32,000 bases of DNA from Fenollaria sporofastidiosus (GTDB taxonomy: Bacteria; Bacillota; Clostridia; Tissierellales; Peptoniphilaceae): the NCBI RefSeq assembly GCF_943169635.2, contig NZ_OW968186.1, forward strand, positions 1,378,239 to 1,410,238, written 5' to 3'. Under the pieces are notes generated by a model. That model saw only the letters and a list, made by a program, of their open reading frames with translations, was not told where the DNA came from and did not search any database. Every line of letters begins with the position of its first letter. Position 1 is the stretch's first letter. A program made the translations under genes and the position numbers. Below, piece after piece: positions 21,758 to 32,000 of the stretch.

Positions 21758-22102
21758 TCTCTTGCTCTTATAACTCTTCTGATTTTTCTACGTTTTAATC
21801 TCTTTTCTTGTTGCTCTATCTCTGAAAGCCCACTTAGCTATCTCCATATTGCATCCTTGGTTTATTTCGATTACATACATGTCTTCTTTAATTTGAACAA
21901 TCTTACCTAAGATGCCGCCGATAGTTACGATTTGATCTCCTACTTTAAGTGAGTCTCTTAGCTCTTGTAACTTTTGCGCTTGTTTCTTTTGTGGTCTTAC
22001 TAAAAAGAAGTACGCGAATGCTCCAAATAGAACAAATGGTAGTATCATGCTTAGTAATGATCCACTAGCATTTGCTTGTGCTTGTAAAAATGTTAATGTC
22101 AT
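21733..22102 (-). CDS. yajC: Preprotein translocase subunit YajC (3' end frameshifted)
   Basis: ILPFVLFGAFAYFFLVRPQKKQAQKLQELRDSLKVGDQIVTIGGILGKIVQIKEDMYVIEI. Shifted frame gives C-terminus ...EQQEKRLKRRKIRRVIRAREAGHNGQP with stop at 21733. Confidence 0.88.
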
Positions 22103-22148
22103 TATATAACCTCCCTCTCGTGTTAATACTATTATACACTATATTACT

Positions 22149-24274
<2,126 letters not shown>

Positions 24275-24285
<11 letters not shown>

Positions 24286-25588
24286 TAAATATTTCAGCTC
24301 CATCGTAGTAAAATTTTAGTATCTCGTCATACTTTAGTCCAGCCTTCGCCATGTTGTTTGCTCCCCATTGGCTTAGTCCAACACCGTGTCCCCAACCATG
24401 CCCAGAAATTTTTATCTTATCAGTCATATTAAGTGTTGGTCTCGAACTAACTTCTTCTGATTCAAAATTATCTAAAAATATAACTACATTATCTTTAATA
24501 ATTACAGATACTTCTTCATCAGAAGCCTTGTCTTTATTAGCAGTTTCATTAGTAGCTTTTCCAACATATTCCACTGTGTATAAACTACTCTTAAATTTGT
24601 TTGCACCAATGGCGTTTTTGAACTTATAGTTATCTACAAGTACCTCTTTAGCTCCATCTTTTATCACAAGAGTTTTTACTCTCTTGCTTGAATTGTTTTC
24701 TTTAACATATATCTGATCTATGGAATTAATATTTATACCTTGCTTTCTAAGTCCACTAATCAAATCATTAATATTAATTTCAAAGCTCCAATTGTAGTTT
24801 GGCTCATTTATAGAGTACTTATCTTCTTTGCTGATCAAATACTTAAACTTTGTGCCCCAAACATCATTAGCATCTGCAGTATATCCGCCATTAGATGAGG
24901 AATATGTTGCATTAACAACTTTACCATCTGATAAAAGTATTTGTCCCCTAGTTTCATCAACAGCTTTTCTAACATTATCTCTTTCTGCATCAAATCCACC
25001 ATAGACCTGGCTTGAAACACTATCATATAAATCAAATGACTTGTCCTTGTTTCTAGTAACGCTACAAACCGCATAAGATCTTGCAGCTACTGCTTGAGCT
25101 TTAAGCGCCTCATAAGAGAAAGTGCTAGGCATCTCTCTTGGAACAACGCCATAAAGGTACTCTTCAAGATCTACATTGTTTATAGCAGATAATTGATTAT
25201 CAATGTGGTTAAAACACAAGTAGCCTCTATATCTCTTATTGTTAATCTTAATGGCTCTTGAACCTAATGATAATATCTTCATAGACTTATTAGTAGCTAT
25301 GCTAGTTAAATAGTTTCCAGCTGCGTCAAAAGCATCATAATTTTGACCATTGAGTCTTAAAACAATATTCTTTTCAAATGTTTGGAACAAACTTAAGTTT
25401 GAATAGATATCTCTAACTTCAAAGCCGTCGTCACTATACAGCTTTAATTCGCCCATATTTTGTGCACTAATGCCTAATTTTACATCTACGCTTGTAATAT
25501 GTTCGTATCCGTTTTCAGCTTTTGCGCTGTTTATCGATAATGCAAGTAAGAATATTGTAAGTATAATTAATATTTTATTCTTCATCAT
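24275..25588 (-). CDS. SpoIID/LytB-domain protein with signal peptide
   Basis: [24 protein letters not shown] signal; [78 protein letters not shown] motifs. Confidence 0.92.
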
Positions 25589-26594
25589 TGTCTCCTTTGT
25601 CATACTTGTAACCCATATGTTCATATGCAAGCTTTGTAGCAATTCTACCTCTTGGCGTTCTAGCAATGAATCCAAGTTGTATTAAATATGGCTCGTAAAC
25701 ATCTTCTACCGTAGTCCTCTCCTCGTTTGACGATGCTGCAAGTGTATCAAGCCCGACAGGATTGCCACCATACGTATTTATCATTACATCAAGTATCTTT
25801 CTATCAGTTTTATCAAGACCATAGTGGTCGATTTCTAATATATCCAAGCCCTTTTTAGCAATTTTGCCTGTTATAGTCCCATCTTCAAGAACTAAAGAGT
25901 AGTCTCTAACCCTCTTTAAAAGCCTGTTTGCAATTCTTGGAGTGCCTCTTGATCTTCTAGCTATCTCTTTAGCGCCACTTTCGTCAATATCTACTTCTAA
26001 TATGCCAGCAGATCTTCTAACTATTTCGCAAAGTGATGCCTCATCATATAAATCAAGGTTTAGTATAACCCCAAATCTGTCTCTTAATGGTGAGGATAGT
26101 AGTCCTGCTCTAGTTGTTGCGCCTATTAATGTAAATCTTGATAGGTCAATCCTTACAGATCTTGCTGATGGTCCCTTACCAATGATTAAGTCAAGTGAAT
26201 AATCTTCCATGGCTGGATATAAGATTTCTTCTACAGAGCGTGATATCCTATGTATCTCGTCTATGAATAATACATCATCATCTTTTAAATTTGTTAAAAC
26301 TGACGCCAAGTCTCCTGGTCTCTCTATGGCAGGTCCAGATGTTATCTTGATATTTACACCCATCTCATTAGCGATGATATTTGCAAGAGTTGTCTTACCA
26401 AGTCCTGGTGGTCCATATAGAAGCACGTGGTCTAGTGGCTCGCCTCTCATCTTGGCAGCGTTGACAAAGATTTTAAGCTTTTCTTTAACGCTGTCTTGAC
26501 CAATGTAGTCATTAAACCACTTTGGCCTCAAAGAATTATCAAAATTTTCTTCACCCGACCTTAAGTCAGTCGTTATTAATCTATCTTCTTCCAC
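25575..26594 (-). CDS. ruvB: Holliday junction branch migration DNA helicase RuvB
   Basis: [90 protein letters not shown]. Confidence 0.97.
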   Translation of the reverse strand: MEEDRLITTDLRSGEENFDNSLRPKWFNDYIGQDSVKEKLKIFVNAAKMRGEPLDHVLLYGPPGLGKTTLANIIANEMGVNIKITSGPAIERPGDLASVLTNLKDDDVLFIDEIHRISRSVEEILYPAMEDYSLDLIIGKGPSARSVRIDLSRFTLIGATTRAGLLSSPLRDRFGVILNLDLYDEASLCEIVRRSAGILEVDIDESGAKEIARRSRGTPRIANRLLKRVRDYSLVLEDGTITGKIAKKGLDILEIDHYGLDKTDRKILDVMINTYGGNPVGLDTLAASSNEERTTVEDVYEPYLIQLGFIARTPRGRIATKLAYEHMGYKYDKGDNDEE

Positions 26595-26602
26595 TTAAAC
26601 AC

Positions 26603-27185
26603 CTACTTTGAAAGCCTTTTTAATAGCTCTTTTATTAAATCTTCTACTTCCATAGTCTCGTCCAAACCCTTAGCAATGCTAGTAATTTCATATTTGTTGT
26701 AGCCAAGTGAACTTAGTGCTTCTATAGCCTCATTAAGGTTACTGCCTACACTTACAACATTTGCAAGGTCTTCAAATTCACTGCCCTTGCTAACTTTGTC
26801 CTTAAGTTCAAGAATTATTCTTTGAGCAGTTTTTTTACCAATACCAGGCGCCTTCATCAAGGCTTTTTCGTCATTTGTCACGATTGCCTTTTGCAAATCA
26901 ACTACCTTTTGTTCAGACAAAATACCTATGGCAGTCTTAGGTCCTACTCCATTGACTGTTGTAATTAGGTTAAAAAAGTCGAGTTCATATCTATTAACAA
27001 AACCATATAGACTCATGTCATCTTCTCTAACTACTAAATTCATATAAATTTTTACTTCGCCATCGTAGATATCGCTCTCTATAGTTTCTTTTGATGTAAA
27101 CACTTTGTAAGCAATGTTATTTACTAATAAAACTATATAATCTTTTTCTTATCTACAACCTGGCCTATCATATACTCAAACATAA
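26603..27185 (-). CDS. ruvA: Holliday junction branch migration protein RuvA (frameshift at an A-run near 27152)
   Basis: FFNLITTVNGVGPKTAIGILS, LMKAPGIGKKTAQRIILELKDK; N-terminus MFEYMIGQVVDKK(K)DYIVLLVNNIAYKVF restored by one additional A. The 5' boundary is approximate. Confidence 0.92.
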
Positions 27186-27680
27186 CTACCTCAATAAAAA
27201 CTGATCTTTAAAATTAATACTTGCGCTATGAGTTAGAGCAACCGCTAAAGCGTCCGCAACATCATCAGGCCTCGGAACCTTCTCCAAATGAAGAAAAGTT
27301 TTTACCATCTCTTGCATTTGCTTTTTCTCGGCCCTACCATAGCCAGTAACAGCTTGCTTAATTTGAAGTGGAGTGTATTCATATGTTGCTAAACCCTTGT
27401 GTTTTAAGCAAAGAAGAGTTACACCTCTTGCCTCGGCAACTTGTATAACTGTCTTTTGATTCTTAAAGTAGAACAGCTCTTCTATTGCCGCCTCATCAGG
27501 ATCATACTTATCTATGATAGCGCCAAGCTCAAAGTAAATCTTCTCAAGTCTTTTGTCTAAGCTAAGGTCCTTGTGTGTTGTAATCGCATCGTAGAACACA
27601 TCGCGTGCCTTATTGCCGTCGTAATCAATGATGCCCACACCAACTATAGCGATGCCTGGGTCTATACCTAAAATTCTCAT
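27186..27680 (-). CDS. ruvC: Crossover junction endodeoxyribonuclease RuvC
   Basis: MRILGIDPGIAIVGVGIID, AAIEELFYFKNQKT, YTPLQIKQAVTGYGRAEKKQMQEMV, DDVADALAVAL. AGGAGG-like RBS just upstream. Confidence 0.97.
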   Translation of the reverse strand: MRILGIDPGIAIVGVGIIDYDGNKARDVFYDAITTHKDLSLDKRLEKIYFELGAIIDKYDPDEAAIEELFYFKNQKTVIQVAEARGVTLLCLKHKGLATYEYTPLQIKQAVTGYGRAEKKQMQEMVKTFLHLEKVPRPDDVADALAVALTHSASINFKDQFLLR

Positions 27681-27710
27681 TTTTCCTCCTACTTCTCCAT
27701 TCTAAAGACT

Positions 27711-27739
27711 ATTATACTACAAAATATGCATAAGTTCAA
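27711..27739 (-). promoter_or_regulatory. Sigma-A type promoter for the ruvC operon
   Basis: Minus strand TTGAAC - 17 nt (TTATGCATATTTTGTAG) - TATAAT, 31 nt before the ruvC ATG. Confidence 0.75.
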
Positions 27740-27800
27740 GCATGCATGCGTATTTTTTGTGTATAGTGACGCATGTATGTATATCTTTGTCAAGTGAACA

Positions 27801-27829
27801 TAAAAAGCTATCTAATTAGATAGCTTTCA
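27801..27829 (-). terminator. Rho-independent terminator downstream of the CBS/ACT gene
   Basis: Perfect 24-nt palindrome AAAGCTATCTAATTAGATAGCTTT followed on the minus strand by a T-run (TTTTTA). Confidence 0.75.
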
Positions 27830-27849
27830 TTCATATAATTAAATTTATT

Positions 27850-28750
27850 TTACCACTCGCCAACTCTTAGGCCGGCATCAGATAATACTTTAGTTATGTT
27901 TGTATCATCATCAACTTCAAGTCTTAAGATGACTTTAAGTAGGCCCATAACCTTAGCGCTTGTTACAACCATACTTATGATATTAACCTTTTGATCCCTT
28001 ATAATTCCTGCAAGTCTTGAAATTTGTCCAGGCATATCGAAGATATGTACAACAATTCTCTTACCTTTGTTGATACCAAATACTTCGCTGAACGCATCAA
28101 ATATAGCTTTGTGTGTAAGTATGCCTGCAAATTGATCTTGTTCATCAAATACAGCTAAGAACGGTATTGATAACTTTCCAAGTGCATATGATGCTACTTC
28201 AATGTTTTCTACAATAGAAATCTTTTCGTATCTTTGTTCATTGAACTCAGAAACTAATTTTTTAGCGAACTTATCCTTGTCTGTGCAAGATAATTCATAA
28301 TAAGTTCTGTAGATTGTTTCTTTGTGCAAAATACCAATTAACTTGTCACCATCGACAACTGGTAAACTTAAAAAGTCACCATCTTCGAATTTCTTGATAG
28401 CTTCTGCTACAGTTTCACTCGATTTTACTGTTGTAAGTTTTTCCTTAGGAATCATATAGTTCCTTACATACATAATACTACCCCTATCTGTATCTTTTAA
28501 AACCCTTTCATTTAAACCGTTCCAATAAGCATCAAAATACAAATTAGAACATGTATTTAATATAAATCTAAATGTTTCTTTATAAATAATGTTTAAATCT
28601 TCTCTCGTTATCATAGAGCTTGCAGATTTTATACCATTTCCATCAAGCTCTAATTGCCTGTCCACATATTTATTTAAAGAATAAGTTTTATCCTTGATTA
28701 CTTTGTTTGAAAATTCACAAACATTAGATAATATTCTTCCACTTTTCTTC
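27850..28750 (-). CDS. CBS-domain plus ACT-like domain protein (5' boundary uncertain)
   Basis: Two CBS repeats (YVRNYMIPKEKLTTVKSSETVAEAIKKFEDGDFLSLPVVDGDKLIGIL; YEKISIVENIEVASYALGKLSIPFLAVFDEQDQFAGILTHKAIFDAF) and an ACT-like C-terminus (KRIVVHIFDMPGQISRLAGIIRDQKVNIISMVV). Frame stays open upstream of 28665 (SGRILSNVCEFSNKVIKDKTYSLNKYVDRQLELDG). Confidence 0.8.
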
Positions 28751-28924
28751 TCTTCTTATTAATTCACTTCTTAATCTTTTCTTGAATGTTCTTATTTTCT
28801 ATTTAAGTTCTTAAACTGGAACAAGTATTTTTATTTACCAAGTCTTTGCTCTTATAATACTTAAGCGCCTCTTTCTCTAATGCGTTTGCTTGATTAGTAC
28901 TGTTGAAGCCTTGTATATAACCAT

Positions 28925-29194
28925 CTAAGTATATAGTTCGAGTCTATTTATATCTTCGTGTATTTGTAAAGATAATGACCTGGATATGCAGTGAGCATCT
29001 GATCTGTAGGCTATGGCTTTTGCAATTTTTTTCCTAAGTATGCCCATCGATACATACTTTGGAAATATGTTTTGCACGCCCATGTTAATATCATAAAAGC
29101 TCATCAGCGACTTTAGCGAATCAATGTCTCCTCTATAAAGAAAATTATGTTTTAATCCAACACAGATATGAGATTTTGAAATCTCAACTTGCAT
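28925..29194 (-). CDS. Protein of unknown function; coding may extend further downstream after a frameshift
   Basis: 89-codon ORF beginning MQVEISKSHICVGLKHNFLYRGDIDSLKSLMSFYD with AGGTAAG-like RBS; next frame continues RTIYLDGYIQGFNSTNQANALEKEALKYYKSKDLVNK. Confidence 0.5.
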   Translation of the reverse strand: MQVEISKSHICVGLKHNFLYRGDIDSLKSLMSFYDINMGVQNIFPKYVSMGILRKKIAKAIAYRSDAHCISRSLSLQIHEDINRLELYT

Positions 29195-29252
29195 TTTCTT
29201 ACCTCCGTCAATTGTTATTTCAATTATACTACATATTCAGGCGAAAATATAT

Positions 29253-29287
29253 TAAGAAAAATAATTAAGTTGTGTCAAAACTTAACA
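29253..29287 (-). terminator. Probable terminator downstream of the macro-domain gene
   Basis: Minus strand GTTAAGTT-TTGACAC-AACTTAAT stem-loop followed by TATTTTTCTT. Confidence 0.5.
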
Positions 29288-29288
29288 A

Positions 29289-29843
29289 TTAATATAGGCT
29301 TGATGTGGACTTGATTAAAATTTTATTATCTTTTACTAAAATAATATTTTTATATTCCTCATAAAATTTATAATTATTAAGACATATAAATTCCTCTATA
29401 GTGGATTCATTGTTTTGAAGATATGTTTTTATAGCGTTAACGGCAATCTTACTTGCCTCTTTTATATCCATTGCAAAGGCTCCGCATGATATTGCAGGTA
29501 TTGCGATAGATTTAATCTTGTGCTCATCTGCTAAGTGCAAAAGATTGAAGTAGGTTTTCTCTAAAAGCTTAAACTTGTTTTTATTAGAGTCCATCGGCCC
29601 AACAACGTGTATGATGTAGTCGTTCTTTAATTTATGTGCCTTTGTAATCTTAGCGCCACCAGTATATACTCCTGCGAGTTTCACTGTATCATCTAAAAGA
29701 TCATCTCCATCTTTTTCGTGTATAAGGCCATCTAAACCGCCACCTCCAAGTAAAGAATTGTTTGCAGGGTTCACTATAGACTCTACTTCTAAATCAAATA
29801 TATCTGCGTAAATCGCTTCTACTTTGCAAGAATTGATTATCAT
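29289..29843 (-). CDS. Macro-domain (ADP-ribose/O-acetyl-ADP-ribose-binding) protein
   Basis: ADIFDLEVESIVNPANNSLLGGGGLDGLIHEKDG, YIIHVVGP, SIAIPAISCGAFAMDIKEA motifs. Confidence 0.92.
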   Translation of the reverse strand: MIINSCKVEAIYADIFDLEVESIVNPANNSLLGGGGLDGLIHEKDGDDLLDDTVKLAGVYTGGAKITKAHKLKNDYIIHVVGPMDSNKNKFKLLEKTYFNLLHLADEHKIKSIAIPAISCGAFAMDIKEASKIAVNAIKTYLQNNESTIEEFICLNNYKFYEEYKNIILVKDNKILIKSTSSLY

Positions 29844-31057
29844 ACAAGCTTAACTAGTTCTACTACAGTTTCAAATGCCTTTACCATTGATTGTATTGAA
29901 GCGTACTCATATCTTCCGTGGTAGTTCATACCGCCTGTGAAGATGTTTGGACAAGGAAGACCCATAAACGATAGTCTTGCACCATCAGTTCCACCTCTAA
30001 CTTGTGTTACTTTTGGCTCTACTCCAGCATTTTTCATTGCTTTCTTTGCTAATTCAACTATCTCTAGTCTTGGTTCTATCTTTTCATACATATTGTAATA
30101 TGAATCTTTTATATCAAGCTCCATTGCATCATTATATTTATAATTAATGTAGTCTTGAGCATCTTTCATAAGGCACTTCTTTGATGCAAATCCTTCTTTA
30201 GTGAAGTCTCTTATGATGTAGTGCATTTGTGTTTCTTCTACAGAACCCTTCATATTTGTTAATAGTATAAAGCCTTCATAGCCTTCTGTATACTCTGGTC
30301 TTTCATTGACTGGTAGCATAGCGTTGTATTCCATAGCTACTAATTGTGAGTTAATCATCTTATTCTTAGCTGAACCTGGATGTACGTTTCTACCTCTTAT
30401 AGTGATTTTAGCAGAAGCTGCATTGAAGTTTTCGTATTCTATCTCTCCAAGTGGACCACCGTCAATAGTAAAAGCATAATCAGCTCCAAATTTCTTAACA
30501 TCGAATAGGTCTGCACCTCTACCAATTTCCTCATCTGGTGTAAAGGCAATTCTGATCTTACCGTGCTTTACATCTGGATTTTTGATAAAGTATTCCATAG
30601 CTGTAACTATTTCAGCAACGCCCGCCTTATCATCTGCGCCTAATAGTGTTGTGCCGTCAGTAACTATAAGGTCATCTCCCACATAGTCATTAAGCTCAGG
30701 GAAATCATTTGGGCTTAAGATAATGTTTTCTTTCTCATTTAAAACAATGTCTTTGCCATCATACTTTTCAACTATTCTAGGCTTAACGTTCTCGCCACTC
30801 ATATCAGGTGATGTGTCCATATGAGATATAAGTCCTAAAACATCTTTCTTCTCATCAGTATTAGCTGGAAGTGTTGCATAAAGGTATGAATGTTCATCAA
30901 GCTCAACATCTTCTAAGCCTAATTCAATAAGTTCGTCTCTTAATTTCTTTGCAAACTCCATAATCTTTGGACTGCTTGGACAAGTTTGAGACTCCTCATC
31001 AGACTTTGTGTCAATTTTTGCGTATTTAATAAAACGATCTACTAAGATATCTTTCAT
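29840..31057 (-). CDS. pepT: Peptidase T (tripeptidase)
   Basis: LGLISHMDTSPDMSG, TLLGADDKAGVAEIV, FTPDEEIGRGAD, GTDGARLSFMGLPCPNIFTGGMNYHGRYEYASI. Likely start is the internal ATG at about 31057 preceded by AAAAGGAGTGA. Confidence 0.96.
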   Translation of the reverse strand: MKDILVDRFIKYAKIDTKSDEESQTCPSSPKIMEFAKKLRDELIELGLEDVELDEHSYLYATLPANTDEKKDVLGLISHMDTSPDMSGENVKPRIVEKYDGKDIVLNEKENIILSPNDFPELNDYVGDDLIVTDGTTLLGADDKAGVAEIVTAMEYFIKNPDVKHGKIRIAFTPDEEIGRGADLFDVKKFGADYAFTIDGGPLGEIEYENFNAASAKITIRGRNVHPGSAKNKMINSQLVAMEYNAMLPVNERPEYTEGYEGFILLTNMKGSVEETQMHYIIRDFTKEGFASKKCLMKDAQDYINYKYNDAMELDIKDSYYNMYEKIEPRLEIVELAKKAMKNAGVEPKVTQVRGGTDGARLSFMGLPCPNIFTGGMNYHGRYEYASIQSMVKAFETVVELVKLV

Positions 31058-31091
31058 AATATCACTCCTTTTAATTTTTACCCAATTAAAG

Positions 31092-31119
31092 AAAAATAAC
31101 AAGCATAAAGCCTGTTATT
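31092..31119 (-). terminator. Stem-loop with U-tract between ogt and pepT
   Basis: Minus strand AATAACAGGC-TTTAT-GCTTGTTATTTTTC. Confidence 0.6.
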
Positions 31120-31139
31120 GCGTTGTTTACTAAAATTAT

Positions 31140-31634
31140 TTACTGTACTTCTCTTCTAATTCCAATAAAGATTTTTACATCATTACCATCAGAGTAGTTA
31201 TAGTAGCCATCTTCTTTTAACATAACAATTCTGTGGCAAGGTATAATTATAACAATGCTGTTGCCTCTGCAAGTAGCGCCTACTCCGCGAGCATATGTCT
31301 TTTTGCCAAGTTTAAGTGCAATGTCTCCATATGTACTAGTCTCACCATAGCGAACCTTTCTTATCTCTTCTAAGGCTTTATTCTGAAACTCTTTTGCTTT
31401 TACTCTAATAGGTATGTCAAATTCCTTTCTTTCGCCTCTGAAGTACTCTTCTAGCTGCTCGACAGTTCTGTCTAATATTTCATTCTTTTCAAGTTTACTT
31501 CCATATATACCTTGGTGACCAAAACGTAAGTACACAAGAGCATCATCTTCTGCTGCTGCAGTCATCTCGCCTAGCGGGGTGTTGAAGTAGTGAACAAAAT
31601 ATGTCTTTTGCTTATCAAAGTAGTTTGTAATCAT
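31140..31634 (-). CDS. ogt: Methylated-DNA--protein-cysteine methyltransferase
   Basis: YFRGERKEFDIPI, EIRKVRYGETSTYGDIA, ARGVGATCRGNSIVIIIPCHRIV (active-site PCHR). Confidence 0.93.
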   Translation of the reverse strand: MITNYFDKQKTYFVHYFNTPLGEMTAAAEDDALVYLRFGHQGIYGSKLEKNEILDRTVEQLEEYFRGERKEFDIPIRVKAKEFQNKALEEIRKVRYGETSTYGDIALKLGKKTYARGVGATCRGNSIVIIIPCHRIVMLKEDGYYNYSDGNDVKIFIGIRREVQ

Positions 31635-31654
31635 TTGATCATCTCCTATGTATA

Positions 31655-31683
31655 ATTATAGTATATCATTGTTCTAAAGTCAA
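31655..31683 (-). promoter_or_regulatory. Sigma-A type promoter for ogt
   Basis: Minus strand TTGACT - 17 nt (TTAGAACAATGATATAC) - TATAAT just upstream of the AGGAGAT RBS region. Confidence 0.75.
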
Positions 31684-31750
31684 TAAAATATTCACAATTT
31701 AAAGTGTGATTGTATTGTTTTGAGCTTCACTATATAAAACAATATTGCAT

Positions 31751-31781
31751 AAAAAAAGAGCGAGTATTAACTCGCCCTTTC
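31751..31781 (-). terminator. Rho-independent terminator downstream of ppdK
   Basis: Minus strand GGGCGAGTTAATACTCGCTC followed by a T-run of seven. Confidence 0.85.
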
Positions 31782-31795
31782 TATATAAATACTAC

Positions 31796-32000
31796 TTACT
31801 TATTTTTCCTCTTAATGCTTGCTTGCGCAGCTGCTAGTCTTGCAATTGGAACTCTGTATGGTGAGCAGCTTACATAATCAAGTCCGATTGCATCACAGAA
31901 CTCGATTGATCTAGGGTCTCCACCATGTTCGCCGCAGATACCTACGTGAATGTTTGGTCTTGTTTGTCTACCAAGTTTAGTGCCCATATCTAATAGCTTG
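31796..32000 (-). CDS. ppdK: Pyruvate, phosphate dikinase, C-terminal fragment (runs off window)
   Basis: [51 protein letters not shown]. Confidence 0.93.
   Translation of the reverse strand, partial: KLLDMGTKLGRQTRPNIHVGICGEHGGDPRSIEFCDAIGLDYVSCSPYRVPIARLAAAQASIKRKNK

Noticed and set aside
24351-24629. Plus-strand ORF of 92 aa
   Set aside because: Antisense to the SpoIID/LytB-domain gene, with no recognisable domain.
27741-27779. Interpretation of the ruvC upstream repeat as a LexA/SOS box
   Set aside because: It lacks the GAAC-N4-GTTC type core of Firmicutes LexA sites; kept only as an unspecified inverted repeat.
27804-27827. 24-bp perfect palindrome as a candidate protein-binding or recombination site
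   Set aside because: Its position just after the CBS gene and the following T-run on the minus strand fit a Rho-independent terminator better.
29289-29843. Macro-domain protein as part of an ADP-ribosylation toxin-antitoxin or defence pair
   Set aside because: No ADP-ribosyltransferase (DarT-like or other) or sirtuin partner lies beside it in the window; neighbours are pepT and a small unknown ORF, so a solitary ADP-ribose hydrolase is the conservative reading.

Overview
The window is a low-GC Firmicutes (Clostridia/Tissierellia-like) chromosomal segment. Almost every gene is on the minus strand and the content is mostly conserved housekeeping. Read along the minus strand from high to low coordinates it contains: a ppdK C-terminal fragment, ogt, pepT, a macro-domain gene, a small ORF of unknown function, a CBS/ACT protein, ruvC-ruvA-ruvB, a spoIID-like gene, queA-tgt-yajC, an NfeD-like gene and floA, a small membrane protein of unknown function, a fused phoH-ybeY, cdd-era-recO-glyQ-glyS-ppsR-dgt-dnaG-rpoD-trmK, a Nif3-like gene, the RNase P RNA (rnpB), queT, mltG, an O-methyltransferase, a U32 peptidase, and a type IV pilus/competence-like locus (pilB-like, pilC-like, prepilin and a probable A24 prepilin peptidase). 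Many genes, including essential ones such as dnaG, glyS, glyQ, era and ruvA, are broken by small indels, often in homopolymers. This looks like sequence or assembly error rather than biology. I found no convincing new defence system, mobile element or CRISPR array. The items most worth a second look are the PhoH-YbeY fusion, an unusual minimal PilB/GspE ATPase, an inverted repeat abutting the ruvC promoter, a promoter-like 11-mer shared by three intergenic regions, and a poorly characterised ORF next to the CBS/ACT gene.
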